Below are positions 52,017 through 61,801 of a DNA stretch of 64,000 nucleotides, piece by piece. Below the pieces are notes generated by a model that saw only the letters and a list, made by a program, of their open reading frames with translations, did no database searches and had not been told where the DNA came from. The stretch is from assembly GCA_028534125.1 (NCBI GenBank), contig CM052816.1:61010001-61074000 (forward strand). Reading direction: 5' to 3'. The DNA comes from Lama glama (taxonomy: Eukaryota). Numbering within the stretch: the first letter of the stretch is position 1; each line of letters begins with the position of its first letter. Position numbers and translations under genes: made by a program.

Positions 52017-55000
52017 GGTACTGGGGATTGAACCCAGGACCTTGTGCATCGAAGCACACACTACCACTGAGCTATACCCTCCTCTCTCTGCCAATTATCT
52101 TAATTAGTTTTACCTTCCTTTCCTTCTCTTAGCTGTTCTGAAAAATCAGTGCCTTCTCTATGTGGTGTTAAGGACACAAAACACAGAACATTTAGCATTC
52201 TTTTTGTTTTCCTTAAGTAAAAAGCAGCATTACTTTTTAAATGCTGGGCTCCAGATTGAGCTGGCCTCTAATACATATAATACAGCTGAAAGCAAAGCTT
52301 AAGATAGAAGAGGCAGAAAATACGCATCAGATATGCTAGTGGATATGCCTAAGGCAGTTATACACCAAAACTTTCGTAAAGTACAACACAAATGTGACAA
52401 GTTAAATTACAGTAGTTTCCAAGTACTTACTCTTATTTCCTCGACTTACCTCAGCAAAAATACAGTTAACAATAGATTGTGAACTAGCAAAAATCCATAG
52501 ACCAACTTTAAGTAGTACTGTTATAATTTAGATTAAAGGAATGCTAACTAATGACTTTAAAAAAAGATTCCAAAAGTTCTGTGTTAACACCTATTCCTCC
52601 ACTAACACAATATGCTTATCCAACAGGGTTGACAGTAGGGGAATCACTGAAAGGTCTTTCATCTTCATCACTAGATGATTTTAAGTAAGCAAGTTTGCCA
52701 CAGTGCCAAGTATAGAATTTCAGATGATGAAAAAATGAATGACAAAATCATCAACTGGAAAATATTACAGTAATAACTGATCAGCCCAATGGATGTTAAT
52801 TAGAGGGTAAAACAAAGATGAGAAATAATGTATTAATATAGTCTCAAAGTTTCTCCCCAAAGGATAGTTACTAAATTCTAAGAGGGAAAAAGTGAAGACA
52901 TCTCACAGGCACCACTTAAACTGTTTCAAATCTAGTATCAGCAGTTAACAGCACCATCATGGGCAACTAATGTGAGATGCACTGAGAAGGGGTGCAACAT
53001 CGACTGTCAAATTCCTGCCCAAAATACCCAATCTGAATTTAATCATAAGTAAACATCAAACTATTCCAAATAAAGGGAAATCCTGTAAAATTGGCCAGTA
53101 ATCAAAACTGTCCGGGTCAAAAAAGACAAAGGAAAACAAAAGAACTACCCAGGTTAAAAGGAGACCTATGAGACCTAACTCTGATGAATATCTAAACCTA
53201 CTATACACAACACACACGTCCACTTAAACTGGAAAAACCTGATTAAGAGTGGAGGACTGTATCGATGTCAACATCATTTTGTTCTATAATATTGCAAATA
53301 CTACCACTGGGGGAAATTAGGTGATAAGTACACCATACCACTCCATAATGTTTCTTAAAACTGCACGTGAACCTACAATTATCTCAAAAAATAAAAAACA
53401 AAACAAAACAAAACTAGGCTCAATGATTCCTTAAGGGACATTTTTATCAATGTTGTTATTAAAATTCAATTTCCCTAACAGTTTCCAGATAATTTGTTTT
53501 TTCAATTTTAGTTTAAGGAACTTTTGCTGGAATGTATGGAGTTCATGTAAATCTTCAAATCAGAAAATATAAACACTGATGGATATCTAATGATAATAAG
53601 GAATTAATGTCAGCTTTTATTTTTAAGTGTTATAATAGTAGAGTGGTTTCATCCCGAAGTACTTATATATGAAAGAAGTTGTCTGATTTGCTTTAAAATG
53701 ATCAGAGGTGGCGAAGTAGGAAGTAAGATGAAACTACAACATACTGATAAATGTTGACTTTGGCTGGTAGGCATATCAGGTTTAATATGTTATTCTTTCT
53801 ATTTAGATAACAGGATTAACCAAAAACATGATTTTAAAACAGTTGTGGTACTTAAAGGGAAAAAATGAACAAAATACTGGGGAGGAAAAGATTGAATCTA
53901 AGAAATAAATGGAAATTTTACAAATGATAAATATAATACCCAAGTGAAAAATCCACGACAGGACTGAAAGACTAGACACTGTAGGAGAAAATTTCATCAA
54001 GACAGAAGACAGAAACTAGCAATTCTGAAACACAGAGGGGAAAAAATGAAAAAATATGAAAAAACCTAGTGATACATGGGACAATGTTTAGCAGATTCAC
54101 ATATATTTACCTATCTTTAGAAGTTTGCTTACCAGGCACCACTAAGAATACATGCTCTTTGAGGGGAGAACCTTTGCCTCCCTGTTTGCTACGGGAATAA
54201 GATGTAACACATAGTTCTGTGTCACCAGATACTTCCAAATTCTTTTCCCAGATGGCAATACCAATTTTCATATTACAGCACTTATTTACATTCTTGTAGA
54301 CATTTGATTATGTCTTTACTTTTTGCCAATATAAAGGGTTGAACCTCATCAGAAATAGAAATATTAATTAAAACGAGATATTTTCCTGACATTTTCTAGA
54401 GATGCTGGAAATACTTTCATGTCTTTACTTACCTACTTTTTAAATTGAAGTCCAGTTGATTTACAATATTATGTTAGCTTCAAATGTACAGCACAGTGAT
54501 TGAGCATTTTTACAGATAATACTCTATTACGTTATTACATAATAATGGCTATAATTCCCTATGTTATACAAAATATCCCTGATGCTTATCTATTTTATAC
54601 ATAATACCTTGTATCTCTTAACCCCATATCCCCACCTTGCCCCTTCCCCATCTCTCTCCCTGCTTGTAACCACTAGTTTTCTATTCTGTTTCTGTTTTGC
54701 TATGTACATTTGTTTTATTTTTCAGATTCCATATATAAGTGGTATCATACAGTATGTCTTTTTCTGACATTTCACCATGCATAATACTCTCTAGGTCTGT
54801 ACATGTTGCTGCAAATGGCAAAAATTTCATTCTTTTTTACAGATAAGCAATATTCCATTTTATGTATGTATGTGTGTGCGCACGCTCACGCGCCATGTCT
54901 TCTTTATCCATTCATCTGCTGATGGATACTTGGGTTGCTTCTCACTGATAATTTTTATATCTTCTTCGAATTTCATGTTCACTCTACACTTTTACTGGAT

Positions 55001-58000
55001 TACCTTTTAATTACTGGTTGTAAGCACTTTAGAGAAATACTACTATATCAAATGTTTTCTCACAGCCTGTCATGTATTTCTATTCTGTATTTTGTCATGT
55101 AGAAATTTCATTCCTTTACTGCTGTGCTTTATGTATTTGCATAAGAAATATTTTCTATCCTGAAATCATAAAAATATTTTCCTATATTTTCTAATAATTT
55201 TAACTTCTTGCTTTCTTATTACCTAACCTATCTGCAATTTATTTTAGTATATACAGGTTAGTTCTGTTTTTACTATTTTCCATATAAAAACACTGCAGCA
55301 ACACTAATGAAATATTTGTTTTCCTTATTCCACTGATTTGAACAGGCATCTTTATCATATTCCAAATTCTCACATGGTAATGTTTCTGGACAGTCTTTTC
55401 CATTACACTCTTCTACTGATCTATTCCACAGTTTTATGTTCTTCCTCTGTTTAGATCATACTGCAGATTTTCTGCTAAGTTCACTTCTACGTATGTGTGA
55501 TAGACTGATTGTATTAACAATCTCAGTCCCTATACCACCCTCCGCAATGTGATGCACCAGCTCCTCCCCTCAAAATGTGAAGTGTAATTTCCCTAATCTT
55601 GATTCTGTTCTGTTCTGGCCACTGAAACATTAGCACAGTTGATGAAATCAAAGGTTTAAAAAAGCTCCCTCATTTCCACTAGCTTTCAGGTTCCTCTTGC
55701 CGTCCCATGAGAACATGCTTGGGATGCCTGGGCGAGCCTGATGGAGGATGAAATCCACAACAGAGCTGCTCCTGTCATTCCAGCAAAGGATTCCCAACAT
55801 TTACATTTAAACAGTTTTTATCTAGTTTTGTTATTAAAGTTTTATTACCCTTATAAACTGAGTTGAGTACTTTCCCCCTTCCTCATCTCTAGAACAGTTC
55901 TTATAAATTAAGAGATTTTCCCATTCCATGAGGTTTTGCCAAAGTTGTCCCTAAAACTAGGTGAGCAATTTTTCTCACTAATTTGTTTCAGTATTTTCAG
56001 TTTTCTACTTCTTCTTGAGTTGGTTTTGGAAATTTTTCATTTCATCTAAGTTTTAAACTTTAGTGGCTTTATAGGATTCATTTTCTTTTGAGTGAAAAAT
56101 CATTTTTAAATAAAATTAAGGTAATAGGGATGTGAGATGTTGCTTTTAGAGGGAATGAGGGACAGGAATTTTCTTAACAGTAAAATTAAAACTTGACAAC
56201 CCTATTACAAGTCCCAAAAATGGAACTACTAAAAAGCATTCCTTTTACCTGGACATTAAACATTTCAAATGTATATTTTAGGGCACTTATTCAATGAATT
56301 ACTTAATAGTATCTATTTGCTTCTTATATTACTGGTAATAGGTCTTATTTAGGCAGACTCAAGTCTCTGTTCTAAACACATGTAACTGTTTAGTATACTG
56401 TACTTTTGTACAACAATGGTTAAATTTGACTTACCTGCCAATAATAACATCTCTATTTTTTACACTAATTTTTCTTCCTTCTTTTCTTCCATTTATGTAC
56501 ATACAAAATATTTAATGTTACTGAATCTTACAAATTTAGGAGTTAATTTCCTATCAACTAACAAATTATTTGTCTCAAGTGATAATTCTACTAAGGATAC
56601 ATTAAAATAAACCTCCTAATACACTAAAATAGCACCCTTTTGCTAAACTGGCTACACATATTTTTAGGAGGGTGACTGCCAGGCCTAAGGGATATATATT
56701 TGATGGCAGCAGGGCAGATGTGGCAACAAAGAGAAATAGAGTAAAAAAAGGAAAAGGTTTGGAGTACTATGAAAAAGGTGCTATGAACACTTTTTGAAAA
56801 TTACTATATTTAATTTCAAATGGTATGTATTTCATTTCTCTTGAGTAAACACCAAAGAATAGAATTACTAAGTTTGTCATATGCCTACTGATGTGGTGAA
56901 TAACACTGATTCATTTTCAAATATCAAACCAGCCTTGAATGCCCAGAATGGGTCAGTCCCACTTGGTTGTGCTGAATAATTCTTACCACACTTACAAAAA
57001 AAAAAAAAAAAAATCCACACTTACAGGGAGGGTGGGGGAAGGGCATTCTATACTGTTCTCATTTGAGCCACATTTCATTTTAAAAGTTAATAAAAGCCAA
57101 TAAAATGAGCTATATAGCTAAAGTCCATAATGTATCTTGAAATAGTATACATAAATTCTATCATTCCAAGAGCTATAATAATTTCAGTACATGATAAAGT
57201 CTATCTAAGGAGAAAAAGACCAAACACTATAGTATGTTCTACTGACCTAAAATTTTATATAAAGAAAGAATAACCTTAAGAGTTCTATGTCAAGACTTCT
57301 ACAATTTTAATATTTAATGGAAACTAATGCTTGCATCATCTTCCATAAATACAAACATATACTTCATTATTTTTCAAATTTTAAAGTACTTTATTCCATA
57401 GCATGTGGTTTATAAAAAGTAACCAATAAGTATCTGTGAAATTAGTAATTCTAAATCATCTTCACTTCCAGATAAGTAGTAGTAATTTTGTCCTAAGGAA
57501 GTAGTTTTGAAATAATCATTGGTTTTCTGCTTTTACAAGTTGCCAGCAATGTATTTACTATGAGTTCAGTTCTTACCATACATATGTTCAGGTTCCAAAT
57601 CTGTACCTCCGACTCCCTCCCCTCTCCTTAACTCCAGGTAACAATTTTCAAATGCCCTTTAGGTATTGTTCAGGTACCTTAAATAAAATATATCCCAAAC
57701 TAAAATTACCTAGTCTCTGTATTATTTAGCAAATATGTACCAACTAATACACACACAGTGCCAGACACTATGCTATGGACTGTAGGTACTGAGACATAGT
57801 TCCTTTTCTTGAGAGCTAAAATGTAGCAAGGAAAACAAGTATTTTCCTTCTAATGGTTTCCTTCCTTCCTCAGCAGTGTTCCTTCTTAGTATCTTCTGAA
57901 ACTTTCTCCTTCCTCCAGATCTCTTTAGGCCTCGTTTCTTTCATACTCACACCCTTGATGATTGTATCTAATCTCAGGCTTTATATACCATCTATATGCT

Positions 58001-61000
58001 GGCAACTCCCAAATATGTATAGCTAGCACACTTTCCTCTTGATTGAACTCCAAACTCCTATTAACATTTGGATATCTTATCTTAAATGTAACATGTCCTA
58101 AAATAAGCTGATTTTTTCCATTAAAAATTACAACTCCCATAGATGCCCCCATCTCAGCTGGCACCAGCTCTATCCTTCCACATGCATGATAGACCAATAC
58201 CACTGAGATCTCCTTGACTCTTATCTCACATCCCACATCAAAACCAGCACGAAATCGTGCTAACTCAATCCTCAGGTGTTTCTAGAGTCTGTCTACGTCT
58301 GATAACTTCCACCACTATCACCAGAGGNNNNNNNNNNNNNNNNNNNNNNNNNNNNNNNNNNNNNNNNNNNNNNNNNNNNNNNNNNNNNNNNNNNNNNNNN
58401 NNNNNNNNNNNNNNNNNNNNNNNNNNNNNNNNNNNNNNNNNNNNNNNNNNNNNNNNNNNNNNNNNNNNNNNNNNNNNNNNNNNNNNNNNNNNNNNNNNNN
58501 NNNNNNNNNNNNNNNNNNNNNNNNNNNNNNNNNNNNNNNNNNNNNNNNNNNNNNNNNNNNNNNNNNNNNNNNNNNNNNNNNNNNNNNNNNNNNNNNNNNN
58601 NNNNNNNNNNNNNNNNNNNNNNNNNNNNNNNNNNNNNNNNNNNNNNNNNNNNNNNNNNNNNNNNNNNNNNNNNNNNNNNNNNNNNNNNNNNNNNNNNNNN
58701 NNNNNNNNNNNNNNNNNNNNNNNNNNNNNNNNNNNNNNNNNNNNNNNNNNNNNNNNNNNNNNNNNNNNNNNNNNNNNNNNNNNNNNNNNNNNNNNNNNNN
58801 NNNNNNNNNNNNNNNNNNNNNNNNNNNTACCTATGTACATGTATGTATCCACAGCATTTTAATTAAATGGTCATTTTAAATTGTTTATACTTACTCTCTA
58901 CCTTGCTTTAAGCTCTCATTGATCATTTATAGATATAAATATATATGAAATCTAATAGGACAATACATTAATTACAATCTGACTTTCTAGTTTCATCTTA
59001 TTATTTGCTAAAACACAGCCGAAATTTTAGTAATATAATATAACATGTTCCTAAGTACAAAAAGTTAAGGGCAAAAAAATCTTACCATTCTTGCTGACAT
59101 CCAGTTCCCTGAGATTAATGAGATTTGCAATAGATGCTGGTAATGCTGTTAAATCATTATCAGGCAAACTCAGCTTGTGTAGAGACTGACAGTTAAAAAG
59201 TTGCTATTAAAAAAAGGTGAAAAAGGATTTTGATTATTCCTTAAGATTCCTTAAATATTTCATTTATTAATCTTTTTGCAAATAAGCATTATAAATGTCA
59301 TTAAAACTGAATGAGTTATACCTACACAAATACCAGAAAAGATCTCACTGTTTTTTGCTTTTATGGCTCTGAAGACATTGGACTACTCAGAATGATTTAT
59401 ATCCTCACACCTCTGCCCTGGGCAAAATGCATTTAGTGAAAATAAGTATATGGTATATTTTCTGTTGAGGTCATAAAAAATTGGTCGCTGTTGAATATGG
59501 TGAACTATGGAACTTATATTTCAAGCATCCTTATTCCAAAATGGAAGTTTATATAAATTAAGTTCAAATATGTACATTTAAAATGACTCAAAATATAAAA
59601 TTCTGATTTGGAAGGACAAAATAAATAAGGGAACAAATATACTGGTATGCTAAAATCACAATAATGAAATGTGACCTAAACGTACTTAAACAAAAGCAGT
59701 AAGTAAACAGGCCACTTCTAAGTTTCATACCAAAAAAAAAAACTGCATGGAACACAGAGGCTGTTCAGGCAGTGAAAACACTCTGATAGCATAATGGTGA
59801 ATACATGTCATTACAGATTTGTCCAAACCCACAGACTATACAACACCAAGAGTGAACCATAATATAAACTATAGCCTTTGGGTGATTATGATTTTTCACC
59901 AAAGGTTCATCAATTTTAACCACTCTGGTGAGTTAACCACTCTGGTACTACTCTGGTGGGGGATATTCATGATGGTAGAGGTTATGCTTGTGGCGGATAG
60001 GGTAGGTATTTGGGAAATCATTATACCTTTCTCTTAATTTTTCTGTGAACCTAAACTAATCTAAAAAAAGGGAAGTCTTTAGGAAAAAAAACTTTTGTTA
60101 GGATGGTACTATTCAGAAGTACCATCCTATTTAAGAAGAGCATTCTTCCAGAAATGGAATATTCTTAGGCATGATAAGTGATTCAATTAACTGCACTATC
60201 ATAGTAAGCCTCTCTCCTCTCAGCACAGTCCCCAGACTGAGACCCTGGTGGTGGTGATTAAAGAAAGGGATGAATTTTAGTCTTTCATGTTCTCTGGGAG
60301 AACTAGCTAAAGAAGATAAATTACCTGATGAAGAACAGCACACAAGGAAACAGTCAATTACAAAGCACTCTACCACAGTCTAGGAAAATAATTCATAAAC
60401 ATGCAAACCACAACCTTTAATATTTTATCCTGGGCACACACAGATTTCTTTATAAGATAATCCTGGATGGCACTGTCTTTCAAAATGTTTTTACTGCTGG
60501 CCACTGAAAGAAAAGCCTTTTTCAAAACACTGCCAGCCAGTTTGTATATATACACATACACAAATTTAAAATATTGTTACCACTGATACATGTTACACTC
60601 TCTATTTTCTACTCTATTATAGTTAGGGTTGTCAGGTAAAACAGGATGACTGATTAAATTTGGATTTCAGATAAACAATAATTTTTTAATAAAATGATGT
60701 CATATATTGCATGAGATACACTTATACTAAAAAAATTATTTTTTATCCAAAAATTGCAATTTACTTGGGGAGCTTATAATATTATTTTCTAAATCTGCCA
60801 GTCCAAATCATAGTTCAGTTTTTGGAAATCCCACACATATTAAATTGACTTTTATAAGCTACTAAGAAGTCTCCTCCACCCACAGCTTGAAAAACACTGC
60901 TGTCTGGGTGGTAAAACTCTCTGAACAAATTAAAACTATGGCAGGTTTTTCCCTCTAAAATAAGAAATTGAGTAGAGGATGAAAAGGGATTAGAATTTAA

Positions 61001-61801
61001 GAAAAAAAAAAAAGTAGCCACTAAAAATTTTTAGCAAAGATGGTGTCAATGTGAGAAGATGCTTCATGGCAACAAACCAACTTTCTCCTGCTAGTTGTTG
61101 TTACATTTCAGAAATGTCAAATCCTCCAAAATCTTTCCAAACAAACTGAAATGGGGCAAACACAATACTACCTCTAAAAGGCTGTTTAACAACAAAACTA
61201 TGATGTGATAACTAAAAGGAAAATTTATTCTCAATTACAATAATGCACAGATCGATGGCTCATGAAAATTAGAAAGAGAAAACACTAATTTCAATTCTTT
61301 GTCTAGTTAAACTGACTGGCTGCAGAAATTGTGTAGTCTTATCTACCCTAGTGGCTATATAAAAACTGGAATTCAATATAACATTTTAAATTATATGCAC
61401 AAATATTCAAGCAATTAATTTGAAGAAATAAAGGTTAAAAATGCTATTAACAAATTTTGAATTGTGCTGCATACTCTAAGATGAAATTAAACAAAAAAAA
61501 ACGTTAACAATGCACACAAATGTATCTGCAGCATTAGGGTAATGTTAGGAATATCATCTTTCTAGGCATAAAAATAACCAAAGTCAATTCTTGCAAGAAA
61601 GTATTAACATACCTTTGGAAGCTCTTCAATCTGATTAGCATCTAAATAGAGCTCCTCCAAAGTTTTTTCAAAAGTAAAAATCTCTTTGGGAACCTGTTCC
61701 AAACTGCAATGAGAATAATCAAGAGTAGTGACAGTCTCCTCTTCTCCACGTAGACAACGACATGGTACCAACCGCACAAACAAACTTCGTTTTGTAGTCA
61801 T
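2642..61801 (-). CDS. ERBIN: ERBIN (ERBB2-interacting protein), spliced multi-exon CDS; 1372 aa without the two cassette exons (1420 with the 144-nt exon, 1412 with the 120-nt exon, 1460 with both)
   Basis: Translation begins [22 protein letters not shown], continues through LRRs and a Ser-rich linker, and ends in a PDZ domain ([10 protein letters not shown]...[11 protein letters not shown]). All junctions read by hand are GT-AG with matching phases. Core exon lengths sum to 4119 nt. Confidence 0.99.
2880..3020. mobile_element. MER5-like fragment
   Basis: aatctctgaaggtgggacccaggaacctgtatc...cagatgattcctat. Confidence 0.5.
3160..3275. mobile_element. MIR-like fragment
   Basis: acattcattgaggtcttactatacacca...ttctaagtgcttc...aatccttcaattctcataac. 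Confidence 0.45.
3535..3609 (-). CDS. ERBIN: ERBIN PDZ exon 2 (75 nt)
   Basis: ttaaag|[25 protein letters not shown]|gtaact. Confidence 0.98.
4096..4188 (-). CDS. ERBIN: ERBIN PDZ exon 1 (93 nt)
   Basis: actcag|[31 protein letters not shown]|gtgagt; ELGF carboxylate-binding loop. Confidence 0.98.
5278..5487 (-). CDS. ERBIN: ERBIN pre-PDZ exon (210 nt, 70 aa, phase 0/0)
   Basis: tcttag|[46 protein letters not shown]...HELARQE|gtaaga. Confidence 0.97.
7017..7136 (-). CDS. ERBIN: ERBIN alternative cassette exon (120 nt if the AAG acceptor is used; 40 aa, phase 0/0)
   Basis: cctcatctgaag|[40 protein letters not shown]|gtaggt; open and homologous to the recalled human insert; 5' boundary uncertain by 3 nt. 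Confidence 0.82.
7308..7431 (+). mobile_element. Heavily 5'-truncated L1 insertion with poly(A) and TSD
   Basis: L1 3' terminus (tgtcaattatatctcaatgaaactg + A10); 10-bp TSD ttagtacctt at 7298-7307 and 7432-7441. Confidence 0.8.
9635..9778 (-). CDS. ERBIN: ERBIN alternative cassette exon (144 nt, 48 aa, phase 0/0)
   Basis: attcag|[48 protein letters not shown]|gtgagt; closely matches an alternative ERBIN segment as I recall it from human isoforms. Confidence 0.9.
10315..10351. repeat. (CAAAA)n microsatellite
   Basis: Direct reading. Confidence 0.95.
11638..11853 (-). mobile_element. tRNA-derived SINE (camelid Vic-1-like) with internal (TG)/(TA)/(CA) microsatellite
   Basis: Minus strand TAGCTCAAGTGGTAGAG (A box)...GGTTCAATCCC (B box); 18-bp TSD taagtctt[t/g]agagttctg at 11620-11637 and 11854-11871. 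Confidence 0.9.
13936..15481 (-). CDS. ERBIN: ERBIN coding exon 19 (large 1546-nt linker exon)
   Basis: ttttag|(R)[14 protein letters not shown]...[17 protein letters not shown]|gtaatt; accounts for the 494-aa ORF 13882..15366. Confidence 0.98.
17266..17449 (-). CDS. ERBIN: ERBIN coding exon 18 (184 nt)
   Basis: tttcag|(D)[36 protein letters not shown]...INSKI(R)|gtttgt. Confidence 0.96.
18394..18550 (-). mobile_element. tRNA-derived SINE (Vic-1-like)
   Basis: Same head and A-rich tail; TSD core cttggattctg at 18376-18386 and 18551-18561. Confidence 0.9.
19428..19542 (-). CDS. ERBIN: ERBIN coding exon 17 (115 nt)
   Basis: aattag|[38 protein letters not shown](D)|gttaga. Confidence 0.96.
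20325..20640. mobile_element. hAT-Charlie MER58-like element
   Basis: cagacagtaaatatttta...gtagccagagacaatatgtaaac...ggcggtgggccagatttgggccacaggcc...gccaaccctg. Confidence 0.7.
21165..22300 (+). mobile_element. Degraded L2 LINE
   Basis: ctgcagcatttaaactgctgacca...ccatatttccaactatttattga...ttcagtggctccc; boundaries approximate. Confidence 0.45.
22499..22690. mobile_element. hAT-Charlie MER3-like element
   Basis: cagtgctctccagtataactttctgtaatgatggaaat...atggtagccactaacca..atgtggctac; internal palindromy. Confidence 0.7.
22770..23465 (+). mobile_element. Old L1 (L1MB-like) ORF2 end plus 3' UTR
   Basis: ggtacaatcacttttggaaaactgtctggcagtttctcaaa...gacctagcaattctact...tatatctcaataaagctgtt; decayed ORF2 C-terminus-like peptide in ORF 22655..23044. 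Confidence 0.8.
23902..24087 (-). CDS. ERBIN: ERBIN coding exon 16 (186 nt)
   Basis: acttag|[26 protein letters not shown]...NHDDVFE|gtatgg. Confidence 0.96.
24888..25061 (-). CDS. ERBIN: ERBIN coding exon 15 (174 nt)
   Basis: ttctag|[33 protein letters not shown]...NNDVGVK|gttaga. Confidence 0.96.
25426..25590 (-). mobile_element. tRNA-derived SINE (Vic-1-like)
   Basis: Perfect 17-bp TSD tgcctgcattatatctt at 25409-25425 and 25591-25607. Confidence 0.92.
26093..26214 (-). CDS. ERBIN: ERBIN coding exon 14 (122 nt)
   Basis: ctctag|(V)[40 protein letters not shown]|gtgagt. Confidence 0.97.
26435..26616. repeat. Imperfect direct repeat, copy A (~182 bp)
   Basis: Aligns by eye over its full length with 27467-27648. 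Confidence 0.9.
27467..27648. repeat. Imperfect direct repeat, copy B (~182 bp)
   Basis: Aligns by eye over its full length with 26435-26616. Confidence 0.9.
29374..29670. mobile_element. hAT-Charlie (MER58-related) fragment
   Basis: caggggtcagcaatgtttttttctgtaaatggtcagataataaatat terminus; right boundary approximate. Confidence 0.55.
31401..31429. repeat. (AGAC)n microsatellite
   Basis: Direct reading, about 7 units. Confidence 0.95.
31618..31717 (-). CDS. ERBIN: ERBIN coding exon 13 (100 nt, LAP-specific domain)
   Basis: ccgtag|[33 protein letters not shown](V)|gtagga. Confidence 0.97.
31941..31970. repeat. 10-bp tandem repeat x3 (attatcaacg)
   Basis: attatcaacg attatcaacg attatcaaca. 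Confidence 0.95.
33062..33192 (+). mobile_element. L1MB-like 3' terminal fragment
   Basis: ttctaaaattaactgtggtaatggttgcacaactc...gtatttcaataaaggtgtt; similar to 23340-23460. Confidence 0.7.
35520..37035 (+). mobile_element. Degraded L2 LINE (interrupted by the SINE at 36492-36694)
   Basis: Pyrimidine-rich L2-like motifs (cagcaacgtctgacacagct; acagccaggatgatcttttacaaatgtaaacc; cgataaatgtttgtcaaac terminus); boundaries approximate. Confidence 0.55.
36492..36694 (-). mobile_element. tRNA-derived SINE (Vic-1-like) with extra 3' segment
   Basis: Head at ~36620-36694; TSD cttagtatt at 36483-36491 and 36695-36703. Confidence 0.9.
37459..37528 (-). CDS. ERBIN: ERBIN coding exon 12 (70 nt, last LRR / LAP-specific domain)
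   Basis: ccacag|(R)[23 protein letters not shown]|gtaggc. Confidence 0.97.
38969..39084 (-). CDS. ERBIN: ERBIN coding exon 11 (116 nt, LRR)
   Basis: tttcag|[38 protein letters not shown](R)|gtttgt. Confidence 0.97.
39403..39532 (-). CDS. ERBIN: ERBIN coding exon 10 (130 nt, LRR)
   Basis: ttaaag|(G)[43 protein letters not shown]|gtacag. Confidence 0.97.
39855..39927 (-). CDS. ERBIN: ERBIN coding exon 9 (73 nt, LRR)
   Basis: caatag|(G)[23 protein letters not shown](G)|gtaaga. Confidence 0.97.
40614..40848. mobile_element. Tigger2-family (TcMar) non-autonomous DNA transposon, copy 1
   Basis: Terminal inverted repeats tagctggcctttgaacaa...ttgttcaagggtcaactg, flanked by TA on both sides. Confidence 0.85.
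41235..41379 (-). CDS. ERBIN: ERBIN coding exon 8 (145 nt, LRR)
   Basis: ttacag|[48 protein letters not shown](G)|gtttgt; inside ORF 41194..41421. Confidence 0.97.
41780..41990. mobile_element. Tigger2-family MITE, copy 2
   Basis: tagctgacccatgaacaac...gttgttcaagggtcaattg; internally homologous to copy 1 and in the same orientation. Confidence 0.85.
42200..42274 (-). CDS. ERBIN: ERBIN coding exon 7 (75 nt, LRR)
   Basis: aaacag|[25 protein letters not shown]|gtatgt. Confidence 0.97.
44124..44187 (-). CDS. ERBIN: ERBIN coding exon 6 (64 nt, LRR)
   Basis: acatag|(K)[21 protein letters not shown]|gtaagt. Confidence 0.97.
46895..47102. mobile_element. hAT-Charlie MER58A-like element
   Basis: aggtagtaaatattttagact...aaagcagccacaggcaatatgtaa...tttatttacaaaaaacaggtggtgggcc. 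Confidence 0.7.
47935..47991 (-). CDS. ERBIN: ERBIN coding exon 5 (57 nt, LRR)
   Basis: ttgcag|(R)[18 protein letters not shown](K)|gtaagt. Confidence 0.97.
48435..48558 (+). mobile_element. L1 3' terminal fragment
   Basis: tactttaaacttatacaatgatatgtgtcaagtatatttcaatc followed by an A-tract. Confidence 0.65.
48735..49375 (-). mobile_element. L1 (L1MA-type) 3' end, split by the Tigger copy
   Basis: T-tract followed by typical reverse L1 3' UTR motifs (ttagtt.caggtgtacaacata; cctctggcaaccaccaatctgttctctgtatct; catataagtgacatcatgtggtatttgtcttt). Confidence 0.75.
48818..49049. mobile_element. Tigger2-family MITE, copy 3, nested inside an L1 3' end
   Basis: cggttgaatcttgaacaac...ttgttccagggtcaactg interrupts L1-like sequence that resumes at 49050. 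Confidence 0.83.
49513..49637 (-). mobile_element. tRNA-derived SINE (Vic-1-like, short form)
   Basis: 13-bp TSD ttactcagtgact at 49500-49512 and 49638-49650; (AAAC)n tail. Confidence 0.9.
50118..50207 (-). CDS. ERBIN: ERBIN coding exon 4 (90 nt, LRR)
   Basis: atgtag|(K)[29 protein letters not shown](R)|gtaaat. Confidence 0.97.
50560..50785. mobile_element. hAT-Charlie MER20-like element
   Basis: tattgacttttggggctggataactctttg...gtattgtaggatgtttatcag...gttgtggaaaccaaaaacatctccaga. Confidence 0.72.
51137..51236. other. Assembly gap (100 N)
   Basis: Run of N; round length suggests a placeholder size. Confidence 0.99.
51653..51731 (-). CDS. ERBIN: ERBIN coding exon 3 (79 nt, LRR)
   Basis: ttctag|(G)[25 protein letters not shown](K)|gtaagt. 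Confidence 0.97.
51933..52090 (-). mobile_element. tRNA-derived SINE (Vic-1-like) with (CA)n microsatellite
   Basis: 11-bp TSD ccaattatctt at 51922-51932 and 52091-52101. Confidence 0.9.
52690..53415 (+). mobile_element. Old L1MC/L1MD-like fragments
   Basis: ttcttaaaactgcacgtgaacctacaattatctcaaaaaataaaa terminus and degraded L1-like upstream sequence; boundaries approximate. Confidence 0.55.
54438..54942 (-). mobile_element. L1 3' end
   Basis: tttttaaattgaagt...agattccatatataagtggtatcatacagtat...ccattcatctgctgatggatacttgggttgcttc. Confidence 0.8.
57860..58327 (+). mobile_element. Degraded L2 LINE fragment
   Basis: ataccatctatatgctggcaactcccaaatatgtat...ttccccatctcagc-like motifs. Confidence 0.5.
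58328..58827. other. Assembly gap (500 N)
   Basis: Run of N; round length suggests a placeholder size. Confidence 0.99.
59086..59203 (-). CDS. ERBIN: ERBIN coding exon 2 (118 nt, LRR)
   Basis: aatag|[39 protein letters not shown](G)|gtaaga. Confidence 0.97.
59745..60070 (+). mobile_element. L1MC-like 3' end
   Basis: caggcagtgaaaacactctg...tttgtccaaacccacagactatacaacaccaagagtgaacc...ttttctgtgaacctaaact. Confidence 0.75.
60622..60805. mobile_element. MER53-like hAT MITE
   Basis: ttagggttgtcagg...ttaaatttggatttcagataaacaa...gatacacttatactaaaaaaattat...ctaaatctgcca. Confidence 0.6.
61613..61801 (-). CDS. ERBIN: ERBIN coding exon 1 (189 coding nt; exon starts at 61810 with 9 nt of 5' UTR)
   Basis: ttgcag|[20 protein letters not shown]...IEELPK|gtatgt. 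The promoter and upstream UTR exons are not recognisable in the window. Confidence 0.98.

Noticed and set aside
50950..58862. X-rich ORFs (50950..51324, 51131..51382, 58257..58862, 58265..58852)
   Set aside because: Artefacts of the two N gaps. Exon phases on either side of the gaps are continuous, so no core coding exon needs to be hidden in them.
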